DNA of 64,000 nucleotides from Plasmodiophora brassicae (Eukaryota): NCBI GenBank assembly GCA_036867785.1, contig CP145426.1, positions 1 to 64,000 of the forward strand, read 5' to 3'. Shown piece by piece: positions 10,118 to 21,913 of this stretch (position 1 is its first letter; each line of letters starts with the position of its first letter). The notes under the pieces were generated by a model. It saw only the letters and a program-made list of their open reading frames with translations, ran no database searches and was not told where the DNA came from. The position numbers and the translations under genes were made by a program.

Positions 10118-12504
10118 AGCACATGTTCGGGTTTCGGCGAGGCATCGGTGTTCCCGAAGCCGTGTGGGTGGCCGACGAGCTGACCACCGACTGGGCAGCA
10201 CGACGCAAGCCGCTGATCGAGGTCCTCCTCGACATGAGGAAGGCGTACGACAGCGCCCGCCGCATTCATGTCTACTCGAAGCTACGCAGACGAGGCGTAC
10301 CCGCACATATCATCGCCGTTCTGCAGGCCTTGTTCGACGGCTGCCATTTCATCATTGCTCTGGACGGGCAGCTCTCCGAGCGGATCGCCGCCCTCGTCGG
10401 CCTCTTCCAGGGCGCCATTGGCTCCCCTGACCTCTTCAACGTGCTGATCGACGTCCTGCCGTATGTAGACCGGACCGCCCAACTAGGCCTCGAGAGCAGC
10501 TGCTCTCGTGGCCTAGTTGGGCGGTCCGGTCTACACGTACGAGATTGTGTCGCGCTTCTGCGACGAGTGCCCAATGCTCGACCACACGCCGGTCCCGTGC
10601 CAGTTTTACGCGGACGACACGCTCCTGCATGCGTTCACGGACGACATGGCCCAGGCCATGATGAACCTCTGCCAGGACTACGCGCAGCGTCACGACCTCG
10701 AGTGGAACGCATCCAAGTCGATCGTATCCAGACCGCGGGCGTCGCCGTCCGCTGCCGAGCTGGCACCGCGCACGCTGACCATCGCCGGCAACCGCGTCGT
10801 CGAGGAGGGCGAGCTCGACAAGCCCGTGTGCTTCCTGGGCGTCGTCATGAAGAACGTCCGCCTCGACCACCGTACCCAGCTCACGACGCGTACCGCGAAG
10901 GCCGAGAAGGCGATGATCGGCATCATGCAGACGGGAGTGTTCAGCACGGAGCACCTGTCGATCGTTCGCAAGACGCGCGTCGTCGGCGCCTGGATCCGCT
11001 CGCGCGCCGAGTACGGGCTCGCGATCAGCAACAGCCACGTCGGCCTGCTGAAGAAGCTCGACCAGCTGCAGAAAAGTCTGCCGTCACCCTGTTCTTCGGA
11101 GGACACCGCCGCCGCATCGGGTCCGTCCTGATGATTCGGTACGCTGGGCTCGCGCCCGCTGCCGCTCGTCAGGCCAAGCTGCGCATGCGGTTCGCCTTCA
11201 AGCAGATCGCCTGGTCGGAGCAGATCAAGGATGACGACAGCGTCCCGTTCCTGGTTCGCGTGCTTCGATGGGCGCTCAACAACCCGCACAGCAGATTCAA
11301 CACGATGCTGAAGGGCTGCAACGTCTACGCCGACGCGACCGCCATCTACAAGAATAGTCCAGACGCCCGTGAGCAACGCGCCCGTGAAGAACTCGCCGAC
11401 GCCGAAGCCGGCCGCCCGTCGCGGAAGCGCCCGCGCCTGCCCGATCGACAAGATGCGCTGCTGCAAGCGCTCGAGCTGCACACGTGGACTGCCGCCGATG
11501 CGTCCTGCAAGCTGATGCGCCTGCAGCTGCAGCCGTACAACCTGCCGTTCCCGGCGGCGTACCATTCGGGCGACGACGCATATGCGGTGGCTTCATGGGT
11601 CACGAACCGCATACCGGGCTCGAATGCCCAGTGCCGGGCGTGCAACGACAAGAACCTCTCGAGGTATCACATTGCTGCCCGTTGCACTGAATCGTCGCGC
11701 CTGCTCAGGCCAATCATCGACTGGCGCATCCGTGCCCTGCACTTCAACAGGGCGGACACGGGCGTCGCCATCGACTACGTCGCCATCCAGCTCAACGATT
11801 ACGCACGCCTGACGGCGCCGCCCGCCAGAGAAGACGGCCGTCTACGACCGCGCCGCATGCCGGATCCGCGCGACCCGACGTTCAGGCTGTCTGATCGCCA
11901 GCGTCGCTGGCTAGCCGTCCTCGGGAAGTTCATCCGCGCCGTTGCCGCCCGCTGTGTCCGTGGCGAGCCGCTCCTGATCTCGGCCCGAGGAGTCGCTGCC
12001 CTCGCCGGTCTCGACGCCACGCTATGGGACGAGATCAGCGACGAGGAGGATAACGAGAACGCGCGGGTCGCAGTCCAAGCAGCCGAAAGCGTCCTGGACG
12101 ACCCAGAACTGGCCGAGTTCCTGGGCGGCGTGGATAGAGCCGACCCAGGTGACGATGCTGATGTCCGAGCTCGTCAACGCGCCCGCCAACTGTCGCCGAC
12201 GGCGATAATGACGGCCATCGTGATGAGATGTATTGCAAACGCGATCGGGCGACCGGCGGAAGCCGACGCTGGACCCCAGCACGAAGCTCGTGTGCTGCTG
12301 CGCCCCGACGCGCCGTCGCCTGCATCGTCGTCCGGCCGTGTCCAGTCGCCACTGGACGGGCACAGTGCGGCCGTCTTAGAGCGCCGCGCGCGGTCATGGC
12401 GCCCGCCGTCAACGCTGCGCACTCCGCCGATCCTGTCATTCGCGTCAAGCCTGTCCTTTTCATGTTCGTCCTGCCGAGTTCCTGACGCCTTAGCTGTATT
12501 TTAA
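10118..12504 (+). mobile_element. 5'-truncated, frameshifted non-LTR retrotransposon (LINE) ORF2 remnant
   Basis: RT motifs FGFRRG, LLDMRKAYDS, GLFQGAIGSPDLFN, FYADD, LEWNASKS and FLGV; C-terminal zinc knuckle CRACNDKNLSRYHIAARC; frameshifts at the 10464 insertion and at ~11072-11075; no endonuclease seen; 3' boundary approximate. Confidence 0.9.
10464..10535. mobile_element. 72-bp fold-back (MITE-like) insertion with TGT...ACA ends and 4-bp TSD CGTA
   Basis: Two 36-bp arms are reverse complements with a single mismatch and no spacer; CGTA at 10460-10463 and 10536-10539; removing 76 bp restores the RT frame (VLPYEIVSRF...FYADD). Confidence 0.9.
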
Positions 12505-12529
12505 CAATACATATAGAAGTCCCTAAAGC

Positions 12530-15500
12530 TATCGTCGGACAGCCAGGGCACCGCCGGGCCTGCGCCACGTTGTACCCGCCCCGCTCCGACGGCAGGAGAC
12601 GGCAGACCTGTGATGTCCAGCGTGCCAGCGGGCCCGGGTTGTGCAGCAGACGATGAATCGTACCTGTCCCCAAGGTGCAGTGCAATCTCGCCGACGCGTC
12701 GGAGACGACGTCGCCTGGCGTCCAGCAGGCCGCATTGATTCGTAGTGGCGGCGTGGACATTTGATGCAGTTCGTCGCGCGCGCAGGCAAGGCAGCCAGGC
12801 GCGTCTGCCGGGACGACCTGCGCCGTACGGTGCCGAAGTCGACTGGTATCGGGCGGGAGTGTACGACATCGCAGTGCATGGGCGGCATTGGCGGCAGCGT
12901 CGTCGGGTCGTCCGCCGCGCCGACGACGCCCACCACGGAGTCGACACATGCTCGGCAGGATCTTATAGAATGCAGGCTGCCGCTGAGCGGCGAATACGCT
13001 TGACAAGCCTCCGCATTCCGCGGACACGCAGGCGCGATGATGCGCCTCGGCATGGAGCCAAGCGCCAAAGAAAAAGCAGGGACCTTTCGCCCGCATGTTT
13101 TCGTGCCGGTGTCTTCTTGCGTCGAGCGTTGTCATTTGTCGTCAGGAAGTACTCATCGAAGTGATGCCCCGCGCTCGTGAGTCCTCACATCGCGGACGCC
13201 CGTACGTACCATGCGACGCCTGCCTGTACAGCTCGATCACATCTCTCGTGCCAGGCCTAACGTTCATATATGTCCGTGGACGACGCTGTCCTTGGGGATA
13301 TATAGCAGCGTGATCGACACACCCTTCCCACTCGACAATAATTTGCGACGACCGAGTGAATATCTTCATCCGTAAGCACATTACCACTCTCGGACACTCA
13401 TATGCTCTGCACTATCTACAAATTTACATTACGAATTATTCTTCAGGTGATTAGGGATCTTCGCGGCTGGTGTCTTCCAGCAGGGGGTGGCGCCCTTGCA
13501 TGTCTCTGCTGGCCAGCAATTGACGAACGGCAATGTAGCCTTTGCACGCGATGATGAGACCGACAACGACTACAATGCCGCAGGACGCGACCCGGGTAGT
13601 TGTTGGATCTATCATGTGGCGCCAATCCAGGTATCCTACAATGGCGACTGCTAGAAGCACCGCGCCGACCACCGGCCAGCACGCCTGATCATCGGCTGTC
13701 ATCCTGTTGTTATCGGACCATACGGACGTTCGGACGTACGTGTTCGTAGCGCGTTCGCCAGAACCGCAAGCGGTTCGTCGGAAGCGGCAACACGTACTGG
13801 CCGTTCCCACGCGACCCGTCCATCCAAATCCAACTCAAATTGCGACTGACAGTCTCCAGTTCCAGACATCCACGTCATCTAATGTCGAGAAACGTGGCGG
13901 GGTTCCTGTACCGCTTCGCCCTTTTCGACCATGTCCTTGCGCGCTACGCCATTCAAAGGCCCTGCTCGCCCTGTCGCCAGTCTGGCTGTTGATTGCGTTC
14001 CAGCCGTCGTTGCATCGTGTCCGCGTCCAACTCTGCCCCAACGCGGCGCAGGCTTGGGAGAGGCCGGCATCGAAATGCTACTTACGGCGTATCTCTCGGC
14101 AGGACAAATTAAAAGTCGGCCTTAGCCTAAAATTGATCAGGTCGGTCGACAACTTTCGCTGTGCAGCAGGTAGAGTTTCCCATCGTTTGTCAGCTCGATG
14201 CGGCTGACGTCGCCAAATCGTCGTCCGTCAAACCCCTTCGAATCGAGCCGATTCAAGGGTCGATCACTCGCCGATGAACCGACGCCCAGCATTCGGTCGA
14301 ACGCGTGACGAACGTCGCGATTGCCGATATTGGCATGGTAGAACGACAGTGTGATGATCAGAGTGAGGGGCGGCTAGGACGGCGACTCAGCAATGGAACA
14401 AACCGGAGCGGCGCTGGACCCTCCCTGCCTAGACAGGGTGCTACCCTGCAGGTGCTGATGCTGGACGGGAGACAGCAGGCGACGTACGCTCGCGTCGACC
14501 TGGCCAGCTTGTATTCAATGGTTCCGATTAACGCAATATGCCGGCACGTCGCCGACGACAGACCAGCGCTTCCATGTCGGTCAGCGGCAACGATTGCTGA
14601 CGGTCGCTGCATTGCTATCAGTCCTGCAGGAATGAAAGGTGCCGCTCGCCACGCTGACGTAGAGCTCGTCGACGTCCTTGGTTGGTCGGTCTGCCACCGA
14701 TGCATGGTGCAGGACAGGGGTGCAGGCGCTCACTTGCAGCGGTCGGAGGTCTGCCAGGACGTCACCTCAGCTGAAGAACGTGTCGGGGTCACGCTGTCCA
14801 CGCCGCGCCTCGGCAGCAAGATGGCATCCTTGCAGGTGCCAATGGTGAACATGCGACTGGAGGCGCTTCCTGTCCAACATAGTGTTAGTGATCCAGCGCG
14901 CCTGTGCATCAAGGAAAGGCTCGTACCTGTCCTTTATTTGCAACGAACGTACGCGTAGGAGGTGTTGCAGGCTTCAAGCAGGACGTGTTGTGGACGTAGT
15001 GGGTATTTGGCCCGTGCCACTTGTTGGCGGCGACAAGGCCCGGGTGCGTTAGGGCGTCAACGACCGTCGACGTACGATGCCGAACAGAACAGTGTGTCGG
15101 TCGGGTGTGTGCGACGGCACAGTGGGCGGCGCTGCTGCAAACCCAGCAGCGCCGTCCGGTCGGCGACCGTGCTGACGACGCCGACCACGGAATCGGCGCC
15201 CGCCTCCCGTTTAAGAACTGGGCCCCAGCTTTCGCGCGAAGGCTTGTGCACAGACCTTGTCCCTGTACTGGGTCTCGCCTCAACATGATGTCCATCGGTA
15301 CCAAGCGGCACAGCGACAGGAGTCGCATTCCCGATCGGTTTCGTGTCGCCCAACCAGGCGGACTACGACCTAGTCCCGGCGCGTACGCGAACATTGACGG
15401 GACTGAACGTCAGGTGTTGCAGGGGATCGACCACGATCAACTTCCGACATGCGCGCTACGATGACCGACGTGCCTGTATTTCTTGTCATGCCTGATAGGC
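12530..15500 (-). repeat. Further diverged copies of the subtelomeric modules seen at 6400-7000
   Basis: TCGTACCTGTCC at ~6554, ~12658 and ~14921; TCTTCTTGCGTC..GCGTTGTCA at ~6969 and ~13112; CGACGACGCC(G/C)ACCACGGA at ~12921 and ~15173. Confidence 0.6.
13451..13702 (-). CDS. Small hypothetical protein with two predicted transmembrane segments
   Basis: 83-aa ATG ORF with two hydrophobic stretches and an AT-rich 3' flank; no recognised family. Confidence 0.35.
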   Translation of the reverse strand: MTADDQACWPVVGAVLLAVAIVGYLDWRHMIDPTTTRVASCGIVVVVGLIIACKGYIAVRQLLASRDMQGRHPLLEDTSREDP

Positions 15501-15714
15501 CATGGTCAACATGCAGGGGTCCGCTACTGTGTGGTCACACTGTACCCAGTACCTTCAAAGTTCAAACTGCTTCGCGGCGCCGTTCGAGTTGCGGATGGTT
15601 CGCGCGCAACCTGCGCGGCGTCGGAGTGCGATTAGGTACTCTCGTGCCGGTCCCATCGTCGTCGATTGAACTCGAGCGCCCCGTTTATACTCGGGCAAGT
15701 CCTTGGAGAACGTC

Positions 15715-16430
15715 ATGCACCTAGAACTTGTTTGTCCCGTGTGGTCCCCCGATGCATAACTGCTGATCTCTGTCTGTTGTTGCCAGATTTGCGGGTCTGC
15801 TCCGGATTGCCATCATGGTACTGGTCGACGAGAAATTGACACTCGTTTGGTGACAGGCCCATGTTCAGTGGGAAATCGTCTGTTCTTCAGGCGCGCATCC
15901 GCCGATTTGACACACTAGGCTGGAAGACGCTCGTCCTGACAAGCGCACTGGACACGCGAGACGACAAGGTCGATGGATCGTTCTCATCTGTCATGACGCA
16001 CGATGGAGTCGGCATGCCAGCTCTAGCCGTACGCGAACTCGCACCCATCCGGCAGTGGAAAGACTACGAGGGCGCTCGAGCCATTCTTATCGAGGAGGCA
16101 CAATTCTTCCCGGACCTCCTGCAATTCGTCCTGCATGCCGTTGAAGTCGATGGCAAGGACATCGTCGTCGTGGGTCTGGACGGCGATCGTGATCGAAATC
16201 GTTTCGGCCAGGTCCTGGACCTCATCCCATACGCCGACGTCGTCACCAAACTGACAGCATTATGCTGCCGGTGCGGTGATGGGTCGCCGGCCCTGTTCAG
16301 TGCTCTGCTCCGGCATACGCCCAGCAGCAGTGAGCGCGATGGGCAGATACGCGTCGGCGGTGCTGGCGTATACGAACCAATGTGCCGTCGCCATTTCCTG
16401 CAGTACAGGCGCGACCTGCCTCCGTACTGA
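15715..16430 (+). CDS. TK1: Thymidine kinase (TK1 type)
   Basis: Exons 15715-15729, 15787-15794 and 15857-16430 give MHLELICGPMFSGKS; also IEEAQFF, VVGLDGD, KLTALC..C and IRVGG..YEPMCRRHF. Confidence 0.95.
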
Positions 16431-16704
16431 TGTTGACAAAGACTCACGTGCCGGCGTCCATACTATGGCAAGGCTCGTCTTAGTGCTTGCATGTACACAA
16501 TTGTATTACCGCTGTTCCTTGGGGTCGCGAGAGGGTCGACCTTAATGCATCACAGCAGTGTGTCGGTTGAAAGCACCCATTCCTGAAGAGGTCACTGTCC
16601 AGATGGATGGTCATTGCTGCGCTGTGCCATGCGCCAGGAGACGGGACAGAGAACGCCCGGTTCCGGTTCCGGTATCTGGGTTATACGTATACAAACAGGT
16701 CCAG

Positions 16705-17247
16705 CTACAGGTAAGGTGTGCCGTGCATCCCCCCGGGGGCTTCGTCGTCGATTTCGATATGCTCCAGTCCAGCGCTCTCGCCTGCGTCATAACGGCGTCT
16801 CCCAACGACATGCATAAGGACGGCCGAGGTCAACGACAGCGCTACGAGAGCGTAAGAAACCGTCAACAGGATGGCACGAGACGCGACGTGGGCCTGGTTT
16901 CGCCCAAGGTTAGAGTAATACGACAGGTGCGTTGACAGGAGCTGACGACCGGGCCCCGTAACCGCCTCTGCAACAGTGAACACAACCGCCATTGCGAGTG
17001 TCATTGCCATCATGATCAGGTTAACGACAGTCCGAGCGGCGCCATGGCGCTTGGCAGCGTGGCCCGTTACGAGGATTGCATACAGAGACGCGGATACGTT
17101 CAGGACCGCAGTCGTTATGACCAGTGCTGTCCAGGCCGCATCGCTACGCGACATGTGCCTCTGCCAAGGTATGCCGTACAGCACGATAACCGTCAGCCCG
17201 GCGACCCGGCTGAACAGCAGCACCCAGCTGGCGACCCGTTTCGTCAT
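16705..17247 (-). CDS. Hypothetical multi-pass membrane protein
   Basis: 180-aa ORF with about four hydrophobic segments; 3' end may be spliced. Confidence 0.55.
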   Translation of the reverse strand: MTKRVASWVLLFSRVAGLTVIVLYGIPWQRHMSRSDAAWTALVITTAVLNVSASLYAILVTGHAAKRHGAARTVVNLIMMAMTLAMAVVFTVAEAVTGPGRQLLSTHLSYYSNLGRNQAHVASRAILLTVSYALVALSLTSAVLMHVVGRRRYDAGESAGLEHIEIDDEAPGGMHGTPYL

Positions 17248-17595
17248 TGCCGTCTGCGTTCACGTGCGCCGCCCGTGAGCTGCGGTATATACTTACACAA
17301 TACGGAAATACGACCTGGAATAGGACGTCGAACGCCGGTCGCCGGGTCGGAAGGTGTTGCAGCCGGAACCAGCCCGATCCGCTCCTGCATGACGTCACGC
17401 ATGGGGGAGGGACCAGTGCGATACCTTTTAAGGAGCGCGCTCACGCCGTACTTTGGCACCGCGGGGACCGACGGCGTCTGTCTATTTCAGGCAGCGGTGC
17501 GTGGCGCGCGCGTGCGGCGCGCTCTGTGTGCCACTCTGCAAGCGCGCCGCCGCCGCCGCTTGCATGGTCAGGCAGTACGCATCCGACCCGCTGAC

Positions 17596-19502
17596 ATGGC
17601 CGACGACGATGACGCGACTCGACTGCTGTTTGACTTCTCGCCGAGCACGTTGTCGGTCGCGTCCGCGTCGACGGCCGCCGCTTCCTTCGTCTGCCCGTGC
17701 GGCAGCCTGTCCTGCGAGGACCCTGTCGGACCTGTCGCCGTCGAGATCGACGCCGCTGATCACGACCTCGACCTGCACCACCTGCCGAGTACTTCGTGTG
17801 GCGACCACGACGACCATGAGCACCATAACGGGATCCCGGTTCCTGCTAGCACGAGGTCCAGCTCCCCGAGGAACCAGGTCACCGTGTCGTCGGCGGGGCT
17901 CACCACCGCCGCGACGGCGTCTCGATGCCGACCGCACCTGGACGACTTCCAGGTGCTGGCCGTGCTCGGGCAGGTATCCTTCATACAATGCTCCAGGAGT
18001 GCTGCAGGAACTGGCACTCACTATATCGGCAGGGCGGATATGGCAAGGTCTACCTGGTTGCCACGGGGAACACCCGTGACACGTTTGCAATGAAGGTTAG
18101 CGGCCGGCGTCGCGCTGACATGGTGACGCGCGTATGAACATGTTGACAGTGCATGAAGAAGGCCGACATTGTACGACGGAACGTCGTCAAGTATGCACAC
18201 TCGGAACGATCCGTGCTGATTGCCATTTCGCACCCGTTCCTGTAATGTCATTGCGTCCCGTTGTTTCCCGACGGCACGCGTACTGAATGGCTGCTCCCAG
18301 CGTACATCTCCGATTCGCATTCCAGTCGGAGACGAAACTCTACCTGATTATGGATTACATGTCGGGTTGCAATCTTGCCAACGGATACGTGGATCAGAAT
18401 TTCGCTCACTGTGCTTGTATAGTGCTGGAGGCGAACTCTTCAGCCGCCTCAATGCTGAGCAATTCTTTACGGAACCCGTTGCCGTGTTCTACGCTGCCGA
18501 GATTGTCCTCGCTCTGGCGCACCTGCATTCCAATGATATTATCTACCGCGATCTCAAGTTGGTCGTCACATTGCCTTTAGTCAGATCCGCACACGGCACT
18601 AAATCGACGAATGTGTGTAGGCCCGAGAATTTAATGATACAACGCGACGGACACATTTGTTTAACTGAGTAAGTCACGAGCGTCGTGCTGCTGTGCTGCG
18701 ACATACCGTTGATTTTCGCTCTGGGAAGTTTTGGGCTGGCGAAGCCCGTGAACAGGGAAGGGACCCGAACGCTGTGTGGCACCCTTGCCTACCTGGCGCC
18801 TGAAGTGATATCCAAGCGCATCCCGTATGGGAAACCTGCTGACTGGTATGACTATGGCTTGGTGTGCTGGGTCCTCACGTGCCTCTTCTTAATGTCTGTT
18901 ATTAGGTGGTCGTTTGGGATCCTCCTGTACGAGATGCTGGCCGGCCAGATTCCGTTCGACTCGGAGAATCCGAAAGAGCTCCAGAAGAAGATCCTATCGA
19001 AGAAGCTGACGTTCCCTGGGCATGTATCGAACAATGCGAGGTACCCGACGGTACATACCCGGACTTGTTCTGGCTAACGATGACGATTCTGAACAGGTCG
19101 ATTCTCAAACGCCTGCTGTGCCGTGATGTAAACGCGAGACTTGGGAGCAAAGGCGTTGACCAGATTAAGTCACACACGTTCTTCGCGTCCGTCAACTGGA
19201 CGGCTTTGGGTTTGTTGCTGTTTGGTAATGTACGGTTGTTACTGCCATTCTCATTGTGTCCTTGTAGAACGTAAGCTCGCGACGCCGCCGTTCATCCCCG
19301 AGCTCAACGGTATTGTGCCCACCCCAACATTCTGCGAACCTTTCGTCTAACCATGGGCGTTTAACATTCAGGGCCGACCGACACGACATATTTCGATCCA
19401 GCCGTCACCGGCCGCATCCTGCATTCGCCAGTGGACGAGAAGGAGTCCACGCTCAGTGAATCGTTTCAGCGTCACTTTCAAGGGTTCAGCTTCGCACGGT
19501 AG
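17596..19502 (+). CDS. AGC-family Ser/Thr kinase, p70 S6K-like, multi-exon
   Basis: [59 protein letters not shown] and C-terminal hydrophobic motif FQGFSF, spread over many short introns. Confidence 0.92.
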
Positions 19503-20174
19503 CTGTAATGTACGATACGGTGGCACAATGTGGATGCTGTGTGGCCTGGGGTTGTATTGCTTGGTCTTGCTCTGGATCAGCGTCCTCTACAAGCTGTGGT
19601 CTGCTGCCTACTGCGAAATCCTACCGACCAGTCGTCGCAGAGGTGGTTACCCAGCCCGATCACGACGAGTTTAAACGACGCGTGCAGCCCGTGGACGGTG
19701 ATGATGTTCTGCAGTCCTCATTGGGTTGGAATCCTGCTGGTATCGCATAGGTCTACTGTCGTGAGGCGTTGCCTATTCTTCAGCTCCCCGGTAGTGTGTG
19801 TAGGCAACAGGGCTGTTTTGTGTGAGCAACTGACCTAATCGGTATGCACAAGGCATTCGTACATCGAACGCACGCGCGCAAGCGAACGCTTGACCTCGCT
19901 CCAATGCCTGACACGGCTGACTGACATCGCGTAAAAGGCGTGACACACTCCCGAAATTCAATAGCTGCCAGCATGACGAATTGCTTGCTCGTACTTGCCT
20001 GACGCTTGCCGCACACGTCGTACGTGGCAACGAACCCCAGTAGTCATGCAGAGGCTTGCGTTGCATGCAGCACAGGATGGCGTCTGATCAGGCTAGCGCG
20101 GTCTTGGAATGGCACCACCATTCCGCTAACAGCTGTGATGGCCACACACTGTTTATTCAAGGATATGCGGTCGG

Positions 20175-21913
20175 TCAGTTTATCGCTTGAACGGCCTTCT
20201 TGGCGGCGTCGTCGAGATTGTCGGCTGTGATGATGTTCATGCCGCTGTCCTGCAGAATTCGTTTGCCCAGATCGACATTGGTCCCTTCCAAGCGCACGAT
20301 CAGCGGGACACTCAGCTTCACTGTCTTCCCGGCAGCCACAATGCCTGCAACGTCGCCAATCAGCACGGAACAAAGCAAGCACTGAGTGCACGCTAGCCGA
20401 CCTTGTGCTATGACATCGCATTTCATGATACCACCTTCGCAAGCGAAAACATCAGTGAGCCACCAGCTCAAGGAGCACATTAGGGACGAATCGTACCGAA
20501 GATGTTGATCTACAAAAACGTGATTCTCAGAAACCAGAATGATCGACTCGGGTAATCCTCTTACCAGAATAGCCTTGACCTTGGGGTCACCGTTCAGGAT
20601 CTTGAACGCCTCAGCCACTTGCTTCTCGTTGGCATTGCCGCCGACCTGAACACAGTTTAGGTTGCCAGCTTACAGTGTAACGCGATCGTAGGAACAAACA
20701 TCGAGGAAGTTGGCAGGCTGGCCGCCGTTCAGCTTGATGATATCCATGGTCGCCATGGCGAGTCCAGCACCGTTAACCATACTAGCAACGGAAACATTAG
20801 ACGGAGCATGTCGTACGCGTCCGAACGTTCGGGCATACCATCCGATGTTGCCGTCAAGGCCGACATAGTTCAGTTCATGCTTCGCGGCAGCAACTTCGCG
20901 AGGATCCCTGTGCAACAATCTGTCAGCATCCCGGAAACAACATCATGCATGTAGGCGTACTCCATTGAGAAATCGCGCTGGGCGAACACGTCCTTGTGCC
21001 GGAAAGCGGCGTTATCGTCAAAGTTGATCTTGGCGTCGACACAGTACACTTTGTGTTCGGGCGTCTCGACGAGCGGGTTGATCTCGACCTGGGTGGCGTC
21101 CTTGTCGATGAACATGGCGTACAGGCGCTGCATCTGGTCGCGTGCATTCTGTCGGGCTGGCTCCGACGCGAACCCGAGCGCCTCGGCCAGCTTGGCCGTA
21201 TCCGCATCGGTCAGACCGGTTTGACGATCGACCGATATCGTGAAGATGTCCGATGGGCTCTCCTCGGCGACCTGATCAGCAACCACGACGTGAACATGCC
21301 CTGGTTATTGACCACATGGAATGCGATTCGTTTGTGACCTGCTCGATGTCCATGCCACCCTTCTTTGACGCGACAACGACGACGCCGTCGTGCGTTCGGT
21401 CCAGCAGGATTGCAAAGTACAATTCGCGATCGAATGAGATGCCTTCGTGGACGAGGACCTGCGAGCAGGGCTGTCCGGCCGGCCCGGTCTGCACGGTGAT
21501 CAGGTTGGCGCCCAGCATGTGCTTGGCGTTATCGGCGATCTCCTCCGGCGTCGTACAAACCTTGACACCGCCTGTAGGCCATCCGATGTTGGGTCAGAGA
21601 TGTACACCCGCCAACGAGATAAACGGCGATTCGCACCTTTGAACCCGTTATCAAAGTGGCCTTTGCCTCGGCCGCCAGCAAGGATCTGTGCCTTGACGAC
21701 GAGCTCGCGCGCGTTGGGATTTTCAGTGACCAGGCGTCGCGCAACCTGCAGGGCACCATCGGGCGTGTCGGCGACATCACCCTTCTGGACATTGACACCG
21801 TACGACGCCATGATCGCCTTCGACTGGTACTCGTGCAGGTGCAGACAGCGATGTTGTCCTGGAGTCAGGCGGCGACCCAGGACATGTCGCAGACCGGCGC
21901 ATCGGGCAAACAT
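20175..21913 (-). CDS. Succinyl-CoA ligase beta subunit, mitochondrial
   Basis: [57 protein letters not shown] and VRLEGTN; Arg-rich presequence. Confidence 0.96.

Noticed and set aside
9853-12504. 883-aa ORF as a genuine USP-RT fusion protein
   Set aside because: Its middle ~200 aa are the wrong frame of the RT (FYADD lies in another frame); it stays open only through compensating frameshifts in GC-rich DNA.
12521-12528. CCCTAAAG after the LINE as evidence of telomere-repeat targeting
   Set aside because: A single 7-bp match is expected by chance; no repeat tract or TSD is present.
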